From NCBI GenBank assembly GCA_963826785.1, contig CAWGYD010000003.1, forward strand, positions 256,001 through 320,000: DNA of 64,000 nt. Reading direction: 5' to 3'. This stretch comes from an uncultured delta proteobacterium. GTDB lineage: Bacteria; Desulfobacterota; Desulfobacteria; Desulfobacterales; Desulfosalsimonadaceae. This document shows positions 54,648 through 64,000 of the stretch, piece by piece. The translations under genes were made by a program, and so were the position numbers. Numbering within the stretch: position 1 is the stretch's first letter; each line of letters begins with the position of its first letter. The notes beneath the pieces were generated by a model, which had not been told where the DNA came from, made no database searches, and saw only the letters and a list, made by a program, of their open reading frames with translations.

Positions 54648-56069
54648 TGACAGAACCGGAATGGGACCGCTTCCCGTCACCAGGGCCTCCCATTCCTTTC
54701 TTTCGGGCATCACCGGGGGCGTGACCGCAAAATCCGGCGCCCCCTGAGCTTTCATTTCCACCGGGTCGGTGAAAAATTCGGTGGGCCTCGCCTTTCGGAA
54801 AAACATGTTGTAGACGGTCCAGTAAAACCGGCTGCGGGAGCCCGTCACCGGAAACCGGCGCATCATGGATTCCGCCGAATAAAACTGCTTATACGCATTC
54901 AGGTAGCCTGAAGTCAGCTCCCGGGGTTCCAGGTTGGCGGGCTTGAATACCATGTGACGCTGGTCGTACTTGTTCCAGTCATAGGTCAGGATGCGGTTGT
55001 CCCGTATCATTTCATACCAGGCGATGGTTCCCGGATAGGGCGTCAGCACCGAATAGGCGCAAAGATCCAGGCCCACATCCATGGTGAACTTCGTGGTGGG
55101 TTCGAAGATGGATGCTTCATCGTGATCGAACCCGAACATGAACAAGCCCGAAGACCAGAATGCCGTAGCTCTGGACCTTTTTCACCAGGGCCTCGAAGTT
55201 TTCCGGACGGTTCTGGTACTTGTGAACGGTTTTCAGGGTTTCCCGGGAGATGGATTCCAGGCCGATGCTGAGCATGTAGCAGCCGCTTTCGGCGGCCAGT
55301 TCCAGCAGTTCGTCATTGAAGGCATCCCGGCTGTTCACGCCGGCCTGCCATCGAAGGTTTTTTCCCTTCAACGCGCGCATCAGTTTTTTCGCGCGCATTG
55401 GGAGAGCCGAAAAAATCCGCGTCATTGAGCGATATCACCCGTCCGTCGCAGGCGTCGATTTCCCTCAGGACTTCCCGGATGGGCCGATATCGGAACCGCA
55501 GGCCGTTCATCATGTGCTCGGCGCAGAAAGTGCAGGCGTGATGGCATCCCCTGGACGTCTGGACGAAATTTTTGTTCACGTACCGGTTTTTCTTGAGCAG
55601 GTCGTAGCGGGGCAGGGGCAGGTTCTCCAGGGAATGGAGCCGGTCGGCCTTGTAGATGCCCTTGAGCGTACCCGCTTTCAGATCGGACAGGACCTTCGGC
55701 ATCACATACTCGGCTTCCCCGACCACCACCGCATCCGCGTGTTGAAGCGATTCCGTGGGCAGAAAACTGGGGTGGACCCCTCCCATGATCACCGGAACGC
55801 CCCGTTTACGGAACGCATCCGCGATTTCATACCCCCGGTTAGACGAAGGAAGTCATGGCGGAAATGCCCACCATGTCCGCCTTGAGGTCGAAATCGATGG
55901 GTTCGATATTCTCATCGGTGAGCACCACTTCGTACTGGTCCGAAGGGATCAGGGAAGCCGTGGCAAGGAGTCCGGCCAGCGGTGAATAAAGCGCCCGGTT
56001 GAAATATACGGGGCGGGTGGTGAGGCTGTCGGCTTTAGGGTTGATCAGATGAATTCGACGTGTTCTCAT
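54630..56069 (-). CDS. B12-binding radical SAM protein (four frames), function unassigned
   Basis: DMVGISAMT, IMGGVHPS, VVVGEAE, QTSRGCHHACTFC, IGLES, FMFGFDHD, LTPYPGT. Confidence 0.85.
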
Positions 56070-56108
56070 AATTTACCATTCCTTGATCTTGTGTGAATTG
56101 CCGGTTGT

Positions 56109-57614
56109 TTACGGATGGCCGTCATACACTCCCGGGGCGGCCCGGCTGTGGATGAACAAAGATTGCCCGCGGCCGGCTATGATCGTATCCCCGGTTTCGG
56201 GCGTCTGCATGGCATACCTGACCTCGCGTGAATGATCGCCCAGCTGTTTTCTGGGGTCCGGCGCAAACCGAAAATTGATAACCGATCGGGCGAAATTCAT
56301 ATGCCCGTTGCCCAGGTGCCAGAGGGTTTTCTTCAGGGCCTTGAACAGGGTCCCTTTTCGGATATGCTTGCGGTACAAAACGGCCTGGGATTTCACCAGT
56401 TCCTGGTAGAACTGCGCCAGGGGCAGCCGGGTGGGGAGCACCGCGTGATGGATGTCGAAAAGGCGGTAATCCAGTGTGGTGAGGTCCCGGGAGGCATCCG
56501 CCCAGGTTTCCGTGCCCGGATAGGGTGTCATCACTGAAAGATGGACGATTTCCGGAACGCTTTTGGCCCACTCCTCGACGATGCGGAACCGGCTCTCGTC
56601 CCAGTCGGGACCGACGATGATGTTGATGGCCACCACAACGCCCAGCTTGCGGGCGATTTCCAGGGCGCGGAAGTTGTCGTTTAGGCTCACCTTCTTTCGG
56701 AATGATTTGAGCCCTTCCGCATCGATGGCTTCAAAACCGAGGAACAGGTAACGCAGCCCCAGCTTTTTCCAGAAGGCGAAAATTTCTTCGTTGCGGATCA
56801 GGACGTCGCAGCGCGTTTCCATGTAATACCGTTTGCGGATGTTTCTTTTTTCAACTTCCCGGGCGATGGCGAGGGAATGCTCGGCATCCAGCAGGGCCAC
56901 ATCATCGAGCAGAAACACATTGGGCTCGGCGATGCTCGACAGATCGTCGATGATCCCTTCGGGGGAAGCTTTACGGTACGTCCGGTTATAAAACGTCCAT
57001 GCACTGCAAAAAGAGCAGTTCCATGGGCATCCCCGGGTGAATTCGATGGATGCGCAGGGATCGAGTTCTCCCGCGAAATACCGGTCCCGCCGGGGCAGCA
57101 GGTCCCGGGCGGGCAAAAAATGATCCAGGTCCGCCCGGGTGATCAGTGCCGGGTCGGGCCCGATCTCCTGCCGGGTGACGACTCCCGGCAGGCTTTCGAT
57201 TCCGCCGCCTTCAAATGCCTCCATCAACAGCGGGGCCGTGATTTCGCCTTCCCCCTTAACGATGCAGTCGATGCTTCCCCCGGCGTGCTCCAGGAGTTCA
57301 CGGGGGATGAAGGAGGCGGTGTGGCCGCCCACGAATATGAGGCAATCCGGCAAAAGCGGTTTGGTGGCGACGGCCAGGTCGATGACTTCCGGAACGTTGG
57401 CCAGGTAGTTTAAGGAAAATCCCACGGCGCGGGGGCGGGTTTCAGAAATTTTTTTGTAATAGTCCCGATGCCTGAACACCTGCAGGTCCATCAGGTGAAC
57501 CCGGTGCCCGGCCATCCGCAATGCTGCCGCCACCCGCTCCATTCCCAGCGGCTCCAGGCGCATGTAAACTTTGGCATAATTGATGAGGCTTGGATGAACG
57601 AGAAGAATGTCCAT
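56109..57614 (-). CDS. hpnR: Hopanoid C-3 methylase
   Basis: VHPS...KVYMRLEPLG, FSLNYLANVPEVIDLA, LDPCASIEFTRGCPWNCSFCSAWTFY and DYRLFDIHHAVLPTRLPL..FY.ELV closely match HpnR as I recall it. Confidence 0.88.
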   Translation of the reverse strand: MDILLVHPSLINYAKVYMRLEPLGMERVAAALRMAGHRVHLMDLQVFRHRDYYKKISETRPRAVGFSLNYLANVPEVIDLAVATKPLLPDCLIFVGGHTASFIPRELLEHAGGSIDCIVKGEGEITAPLLMEAFEGGGIESLPGVVTRQEIGPDPALITRADLDHFLPARDLLPRRDRYFAGELDPCASIEFTRGCPWNCSFCSAWTFYNRTYRKASPEGIIDDLSSIAEPNVFLLDDVALLDAEHSLAIAREVEKRNIRKRYYMETRCDVLIRNEEIFAFWKKLGLRYLFLGFEAIDAEGLKSFRKKVSLNDNFRALEIARKLGVVVAINIIVGPDWDESRFRIVEEWAKSVPEIVHLSVMTPYPGTETWADASRDLTTLDYRLFDIHHAVLPTRLPLAQFYQELVKSQAVLYRKHIRKGTLFKALKKTLWHLGNGHMNFARSVINFRFAPDPRKQLGDHSREVRYAMQTPETGDTIIAGRGQSLFIHSRAAPGVYDGHP

Positions 57615-57646
57615 GCCTTTCCTTTCGCAGATGCGCGTTTTAACGG

Positions 57647-58318
57647 CTACTGCCCCTTTTTCACCCCGGGTTCGCCGATGCCGTAATTGAGTTCCGGTGC
57701 GTCTGCGGCAGGCTTCATCTTCACCACCGGCAGAATGGCCCGTCCGAATACCGCCTCCATCATCATGGCCGTGGCCGCATACCAGGCCAGAATGGCCGAG
57801 GCGAAAAAGATCCATCCGGCAACGATCACCCACCCTTCTGAACCGGCGAATTTGGCGTACGCCATCACCGATGAGGCCAGGGCCAGGACTCCCAGGGTGA
57901 CCGTGAGCGCGAGATTTTCCCCCAGGGCGGCGATCGTGCCCGTCCAGGTGATCCAGGCCAGGGAGACAAACCAGAAGGCCAGCGCCGGAAACGCCCCTTT
58001 CGGTTCGGTCAGGGTGCCGGTGGCAAAAAGCAGGTTGAGGAACCCGTATCCGATCCAGAATGAGCCCCACATGCCGTGCATGGCCGTGGCGATGGCGTCG
58101 CGCACCTTGTAGGCCCACATGCCGGCCGCGAACTGGGCCATACCGCCGAAAGCGGCGGCAAAGGGAAAAAGATAAAGGGCGGTGTCATTTCCCCCGTACC
58201 ATTTGGCCAGGTAAGCGGAAACCATCAGGGTCGCCCCGGCAAACGCATACAGCCCCAAGATGGAGGGGGCCGCCGTGGGCTGAAGGAAGATAGTCGCCTG
58301 TTTTTTATATTCATCCAT
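57647..58318 (-). CDS. GPR1/FUN34/YaaH (SatP) family acetate transporter
   Basis: AAPSILGLYAF, FGGMAQFAAGMW, HGMWGSFW, LAWYAA. Confidence 0.82.
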   Translation of the reverse strand: MDEYKKQATIFLQPTAAPSILGLYAFAGATLMVSAYLAKWYGGNDTALYLFPFAAAFGGMAQFAAGMWAYKVRDAIATAMHGMWGSFWIGYGFLNLLFATGTLTEPKGAFPALAFWFVSLAWITWTGTIAALGENLALTVTLGVLALASSVMAYAKFAGSEGWVIVAGWIFFASAILAWYAATAMMMEAVFGRAILPVVKMKPAADAPELNYGIGEPGVKKGQ

Positions 58319-58482
58319 GGTATAATCACCTTTCAATACAGGGTTAATTCATCAGATGGATATCATTCCCTGCTCACAGTAAGGGATTCGTTTTAAATTC
58401 TGAATACGCGCAACACATTAATTCCGGGTGCCGGTTACGGTAAATGGAATGCAGGAAACGATGTATGCTCCCGACCCTGATA

Positions 58483-58518
58483 AAATAAAGGCGGCCGGAA
58501 TCATCCGGCCGCCTTTAT
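58483..58518 (-). terminator. Intrinsic terminator
   Basis: ATAAAGGCGGCCGGA-ATCA-TCCGGCCGCCTTTAT perfect hairpin downstream of protein C. Confidence 0.75.
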
Positions 58519-58591
58519 ACCGATAAAAGGCCGCTTGTTGAAGCCGGGCAGGACAGTCCCGCCCGGCCTCGCTTGTCCTGGATACTCGATT

Positions 58592-60211
58592 CTACTGATT
58601 CTGCTGTCCGGACTGACCCTGCTGACCCTGCTGATTCTGCTGGCCTTGCTGATTCTGCTGGTCCTGCTGATTCTGCTGGTCCTGCTGACTTTGCTGGTTC
58701 TGCGGGTTCTGCTGTCCCTGCTGACCGGATTGCCCCTGCTGCCCCTGGGAACCATAATATCCGCGGGGCTGATTCTGCTGACCGTACTGGCCCTGGTTCT
58801 GATACCCCTGCTGGCCCGGCTGCTGCTGGTACTGTTGCTGGCCATACTGACCCTGCTGACCCTGCTGGGGTTGATAGCTCTGCTGGTTCTGGGCACCCTG
58901 CTGGCCGCCATAGTAGCCGCGCTGCTGGCCCTGACCCATCATGCCCTGACCCTGCATGCCCTGGCCGCCCATCATGCCCTGGCCTTGCATGCCCTGCTGG
59001 TTCTGGCCCATCATGCCCATATTCTGCCCCTGCTGGCCCTGGTGGCCCTGGCCCCGGGAGCCCTGGACGTTCATCAGATCCACATTGAGTCCGCCGGTCA
59101 GCAGCCGAATGGTGCTGATATTCAGATTGCCTGTGGGCTCCAGCCCCTGGGCCTGCTGAAAATTCCTCACCGCCTGGCTGGTCTGCTGATCCCAGTTGCC
59201 TTGTATGTCTCCGCTTTGATATCCGGCCCGGTTCAAAGCCTGCTGGATCTGCCGGACTGCAGCCGGGCTGACATACAATGGTGCGCCGGTTCCGCTGGCC
59301 TGCTCCTGGCCCCAGCGCATGCCGGACATACCGCTCGCGCCCTGCATTCCCGGCTGGCCCTGCATTCCCTGCTGGCCCTGCATGCCTTGCTGACCCTGCT
59401 GCCCGCCATAGTAGCCGCGTGCCTGCTGATTCTGCTGATTCTGCTGGTTCTGTTGATTCTGCCGGGCCATCTGCTGCCCTTGCTGACCCTGCTGGTTCTG
59501 CTGTCCCTGCTGTCCCTGCTGGGCCATCTGGTGACCCTGCTGACCCTGTCCAAACAACCCGGCTACCAGCTGATTAAGCCCCAGCGAGCTGATCAGGCGC
59601 AGGTCCACTTTACCCGTAGGCTCAAGACCACGGGCCTGTTCGAAATTGGCGATCGCCTGCTCGGTCCCCTGCCCCCAGACACCGTCCACCGTTCCGGGAT
59701 CATAGCCGTTCCGGTTCAATGCCTGCTGGATCTGACGGAGGTCTGCCGGGCTGACATACAGGGGCGCCCCAGTTCCGGTGGACTGCTCCATATACAGGCG
59801 CTGGTTGCTTTGCCCCTGATATCCGGCGGTCCCGCTGAGCACCTGGGGGACTCCAAGGGACTGGAGGGTGGCCAGGTTCAGGTTACCGGTCGGCTCCAGG
59901 CCCTGGGTGCGCTGGAAGGTGGATACCGCCTCTTCGGTCTGCTGACCCCAGTTTCCGTCAACGTTTCCGGCGTTGTACCCCGTCTCATTCAGCCGCTGCT
60001 GAACCACCCGCAAGGCGGCCGGGCTGATATAGAGTCTCGCCCCCGGACCGACCGTTGTCGTCATGGTCAGCCGCTGGTTCTGGGCACTGACATTCTGCCC
60101 TTGCTGCTGCCCTTGCTGCCCCTGCTGCTGGGCGGTGACGCTGTCTGCCGCAATCGTGAAAATGCAGAAAACTGCGCAGATGGTTAAAGTGATAATAGAC
60201 ATTTTCTTCAT
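58592..60211 (-). CDS. Secreted Gln-rich protein C with 3 peptidoglycan-binding domains (paralog of A)
   Basis: SD aaggagg; signal peptide; three PG-binding repeats; three RGYYG motifs; QQGQ/QQNQ tracts. Confidence 0.88.
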   Translation of the reverse strand: MKKMSIITLTICAVFCIFTIAADSVTAQQQGQQGQQQGQNVSAQNQRLTMTTTVGPGARLYISPAALRVVQQRLNETGYNAGNVDGNWGQQTEEAVSTFQRTQGLEPTGNLNLATLQSLGVPQVLSGTAGYQGQSNQRLYMEQSTGTGAPLYVSPADLRQIQQALNRNGYDPGTVDGVWGQGTEQAIANFEQARGLEPTGKVDLRLISSLGLNQLVAGLFGQGQQGHQMAQQGQQGQQNQQGQQGQQMARQNQQNQQNQQNQQARGYYGGQQGQQGMQGQQGMQGQPGMQGASGMSGMRWGQEQASGTGAPLYVSPAAVRQIQQALNRAGYQSGDIQGNWDQQTSQAVRNFQQAQGLEPTGNLNISTIRLLTGGLNVDLMNVQGSRGQGHQGQQGQNMGMMGQNQQGMQGQGMMGGQGMQGQGMMGQGQQRGYYGGQQGAQNQQSYQPQQGQQGQYGQQQYQQQPGQQGYQNQGQYGQQNQPRGYYGSQGQQGQSGQQGQQNPQNQQSQQDQQNQQDQQNQQGQQNQQGQQGQSGQQNQ

Positions 60212-60922
60212 CGGATCCTCCTTGATTTGATTGATTAGGTACCTTGTTGTCGGCTTTCTGGCTCTTACTTTGCCAAAATTACGGACGGCCGAAGATGACT
60301 GAATCCGCCCGCATTTTCCTAAAACCGTAGAGGCAGACGCTTGATCCGACAATACCGACAAATCTGTAAAGTGAAGGTATGGCGACAGTATTGATGATGA
60401 AGGCATTCTCTATCGGATGGGGATTTGTGATTAACCCGCATGAAAAAACCAGATCGCTGATTTCCGTTTAGCGGGTGTCTGGCTGCCTTTGAACCGGCTG
60501 CGGATCCCCATTGCGATCACCGCAAGACCGATTCCGGTGCAGCCGAAACAGCTGCGGCAGTTTTGACCGCATCATGCCTGCTCATCCTCCGTTATTGCGG
60601 CTGGGTAATCGTTTGGTTTTCCTGGATTCCGGCTAAAAGCCTGCCGGAATGACAAAAATGGTGAGCAGGGGGCGGAGGTCGGCAAAAAGATCCCTGAGCG
60701 ACCCGTCCCCTGCTCGCGCGCCCCCCTCCAGTTTTTTATTTCGGACATGGGAAATGAAAAACATCAAATACATACGGATAATTTTGAAAATACAGGACAG
60801 ACCCTATTTTCGAATAACGCGGCCGGCCGGTATGGTTCAAAAAGCTGCTCTGCAATAACCCGCTCCGGGGGCAGTGCCTGAACGGATGGGATGACTTTAA
60901 AATGATCGGAGACTGACTGAAA

Positions 60923-62601
60923 ATGAAAGATCTCAACATCATTATCGCCGGGTCCGCGGGTGAAGGGGTCCAGACGGTGGGGGCGCTGCTGTCCGAAACC
61001 GTTCTGGCCCGGGGATATGCGGTGTTCTCCTGGCAGGAATACGAATCGCGCATCCGGGGCGGGCAGAACAGCTACACCATCCGGATCACCGAGACCCCCT
61101 GCAATTCCCCCCGGATGGATGCCGACATCCTGCTGGCCCTGAATGCGGGGGCCGCCGACAAGTACGCATCCCGCCTCAGGCCCGACGGCATCCTGATCAG
61201 CCCCGCGGAAAAAGAAAAAAACGCCATCACCATCGATTTCAACCAGCTGGCAAAAGACGAGATCGGTGCGAAAATCTATGCGAACACCATTGCCGTGGGC
61301 GCCCTGGCCGGCACCCTGGAGATCGATCCGGAAGCCTTGAACCGGGTCATCCTTCCCCGGTTCGAGAAAAAGGGCGATGAGGTGGTGGAAAAAAACCGGC
61401 AGGCCGCAAAAAAAGGATACACCGCCGCCCGGGAAAAATGCCGTGACCTGTGCCCGTGGGAGCTGCCCCAAAGGGACGCGCGCTTCATGCTCATCGACGG
61501 CAACGAAGCCGTCAGCCTGGGGGCGGCGTACGCGGGGTGCCGTTTCGTGGCCGGCTACCCCATGACCCCGGCCACCAGCATCCTGACCTTTCTGGCCAAG
61601 GAGGAAGACCGGCTCAAGGTGTTCGTGGAACAGGCCGAAGACGAGATCTCCGCCGTCAACATGGCCATCGGCGCAAGCTTTGCCGGAGCCCGGGCCATGA
61701 CGGCCACATCGGGGGGCGGGTTCGCCCTGATGGTCGAAGCCATCAGCCTCTCCGGCATGACCGAAACCCCCCTGGTGATCATCCTGGGACAGCGGCCCGG
61801 CCCGGCCACCGGCCTGCCCACCCGCACCGCCCAGGGAGACCTGCTCTTTGCCATCCATGCCGGCCACGGGGAATTTCCCAAGCTGGTGCTCGCCCCGGCC
61901 GATCCCAAAGACGCCTTTCACAAGACGGTTTTTGCCTTCAACATGGCAGACAAGTACCAGATGCCGGTGATCCTGCTGACCGACCAGCACCTGGCCGAAT
62001 CGGCTTTTTCACTTGCCGGGTTTGATGTGGCGGCGTCGACGCCGGAGATTCATCTCGCCGATGGCCGGGAGATGGAAGCGTATCACCGGTACCGGATCAC
62101 CGAATCGGGCATCTCCCCGCGGCTCTATCCCGGTCAGAGCCTCCACCTGGTGGGAGCCGACAGCGACGAACACAACGAAGACGGCCATATCACCGAAGAC
62201 CTTTCCGGCATGGCGAACCCATGCACCAAAAGCGCATGCGCAAAATAGACGGGCTGCGGGGCGGAAATCCCGCCTCCGGAGCATATACGGGGACGCGGAT
62301 GACGCGAGACGTTGCTGGTCGGCTGGGGCTCGACCTGGGATGCCATCCTGGAGGCGATGGACGCAGCTTGAATCCGACGGCATGGCAAGCGCGGCCATGC
62401 TGCATTTCTCCCAGGTCGTGGCCGCTCCTGCCGGATTACCGCTTTGCCGAAAACAGGAACTACTGGGTGGTGGAGAACAACGTCACCGGGCAGTTCGCTA
62501 AATGGCTGAAACGAGAGACCGATATTGCCGTCTCCGGCCGCATCCACCGGTCCGACGGCCTGCCGTTCACCGCCGAAACCATCAGGAGCCGGTTTAAATG
62601 A
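60923..62601 (+). CDS. 2-oxoacid:acceptor oxidoreductase alpha subunit (frameshifted C-terminus)
   Basis: AGSAGEGVQ, ESRIRGG, AGYPMTPAT, EQAEDE, TATSGGGFALM, QRPGPATGLPT, VENNVTGQF. Confidence 0.9.
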
Positions 62602-63464
62602 GCGACACGACAATATTTGACAACCCGGTGGAAAACCAGTGGTGCCCGGGCTGCCGCAACTTCGGCATCCTTCAGGCGGTCGAAAAAGGCGCTGGCGGAA
62701 CTGGGCAAGGCGACCCCGCATGAGGTCTGCCTGGTCTCCGGCATCGGCCAGGCCGCCAAGCTGCCCCATTATCTCAACTGCAATTTCTTCAACGGGCTGC
62801 ACGGCCGGGCCCTGCCCGTGGCCACCGGCATCAAGCTGGCCAACCACGAGCTCACGTCATCGTCACCACGGCGACGGGGACTGCTACGGCGAGGGGGGAA
62901 ACCATTTCCTCCATGCCGTCCGGCGAAACACCGACATCACGGTCTTCGTCCACAACAACGAACTCTACGCCCTCACCAAGGGGCAGGCCTCCCCCACCAC
63001 TCTGCCCGGGGAAAAGCGGACCCTGCAGATCAAGGGGGTGGAAAAGCGGGCGGCCAACATGCCGGCCGCGGCCCTGGTCAACGGCTGCACCTTCCTGGCC
63101 GGGGTTTGCCGGCGACATTGAGCATTTAAAAGACCTGATCGTCGCGGCGGTCAAACACAAGGGGTTCTCCTGCATCGACGTGGTGCAGCCCTGCATCACC
63201 TGGGGCACCCGGAAGGTGGGCTGGTACCGTGACCGGGTGTACAAGCTGGGAGATGACTACGATTCCGGCAGCCTGCAGGCGGCCCTGGAAAAAACCACCG
63301 AGTGGGGCGAAAAAATCCCCATCGGCATCCTCTACCAGGCAAAGCCTGCCGCCGTGTTCGGCCAGCGCTTCCGAAAAAGCGTCGAAAGCGCCCCCCTGCC
63401 GGAAATCCCGCCCCCAAAACCGGATATGATCGAGGCGGCTCTGGAAGGCTATTACGCCAAATAA
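62598..63464 (+). CDS. 2-oxoacid:ferredoxin oxidoreductase beta subunit (frameshifted)
   Basis: [46 protein letters not shown]. Confidence 0.88.
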
Positions 63465-63482
63465 GCGGAAGACGGTTTTAAA

Positions 63483-63568
63483 GTCCCCCTTTTAAAAAGG
63501 GGGATTTAGGGGGATTTGGTGCGGAACCGAAGAAATCCCCCCCGGCCCCCCTTTGAAAAAGGGGGGAG
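63483..63568. repeat. Related REP-like doublet (CCCCCTTTTAAAAAGGGGG variant)
   Basis: Two inverted palindromes joined by GGGGGATTT...AAATCCCCC. Confidence 0.75.
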
Positions 63569-63755
63569 AAAAACAGTTAGTGAAGCATTGCAGACAATCA
63601 GAAAAGAATTTTTTTATTGGCGGCTTTGCCAAAAACAAATTCCCCCCTCGAGGGCATAGGCGCTAACTTAATGACCGATGCAATATCTTCTAATTTGTCG
63701 TTCCTCTTAAGAGCGTCATTCCGGCAGTCTTTAAGCCGGAATCCAGGAAGACGAA

Positions 63756-64000
63756 ATGAACAGGCAACCAGCGGTATACATTCTTGCAAATAAAAGAAAC
63801 GGCACCCTTTATATCGGTGTGACCTCCGACCTCATCAAGCGAGTTTGGGAACATAGAAACAATTTCGTGGAAGGGTTCACCAAAAAGTATGGAGTCCATT
63901 TTTTGGTTTGGTATGAGCTTCATGGAAGTATAGAATCTGCTATCCAGCGAGAGAAACGATTGAAAGACTGGAAACGAAAGTGGAAAATGCATTTGATTGA
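63756..64000 (+). CDS. GIY-YIG nuclease family protein (truncated by the window end)
   Basis: Manual translation MNRQPAVYILANKRNGTLYIGVTSDLIKRVWEH...GFTKKYGV..LVWYE...AIQREKRLKDWKRKWK. Confidence 0.92.
   Translation, partial: MNRQPAVYILANKRNGTLYIGVTSDLIKRVWEHRNNFVEGFTKKYGVHFLVWYELHGSIESAIQREKRLKDWKRKWKMHLI

Noticed and set aside
54630..56069. Calling this gene hpnJ or hpnP
   Set aside because: It lacks the family-specific N-terminal sequences I recall, so it is left unassigned.
57615..58118. N-terminal extension making HpnR 669 aa
   Set aside because: It overlaps the SatP-family gene in another frame; HpnR similarity starts at ATG 57614.
58535..60187. 550-aa Leu-rich plus-strand ORF (likewise 35851-36729 and 34696-35271)
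   Set aside because: Antisense shadows of CAG-rich Gln tracts (CTG = Leu).

Overview
Bacterial, GC-rich chromosomal DNA. The gene content (IspH-UbiA fusion, 4-hydroxybutyryl-CoA dehydratase, rubrerythrin-like protein, 2-oxoacid:ferredoxin oxidoreductase, probable selenoprotein) suggests an anaerobic Desulfobacterota/Desulfobacterales-like organism; this is inference. Many genes are split by 1-nt indels, often at homopolymers, which most likely reflects unpolished long-read errors. From left to right: lipid and two-component genes; an acyl-CoA dehydrogenase/abfD/comB block; a defence island (DUF488 plus an unknown partner, type III R-M, HEPN-MNT); an OsmC-family gene with an in-frame UGA; pyk; stress/repair genes (YtxH, LigC-like ligase, UvsE, tandem Ku); and a c-di-GMP-I riboswitch. 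Next come three secreted Gln/Gly/Tyr-rich proteins sharing an RGYYG motif and a common promoter-like sequence. Two of them carry triple peptidoglycan-binding domains, and together they bracket a ~21 kb hopanoid cluster (ispH-ubiA, squalene synthase, hpnH, hpnG, shc, hpnA, Mla-type ABC, hpnI, hpnR and two unassigned radical SAM enzymes). The window ends with korAB-like genes and a GIY-YIG nuclease. A composite palindromic C6-TCAA-G6 repeat element recurs seven times in intergenic DNA. All family calls come from motif recognition; no database search was run.
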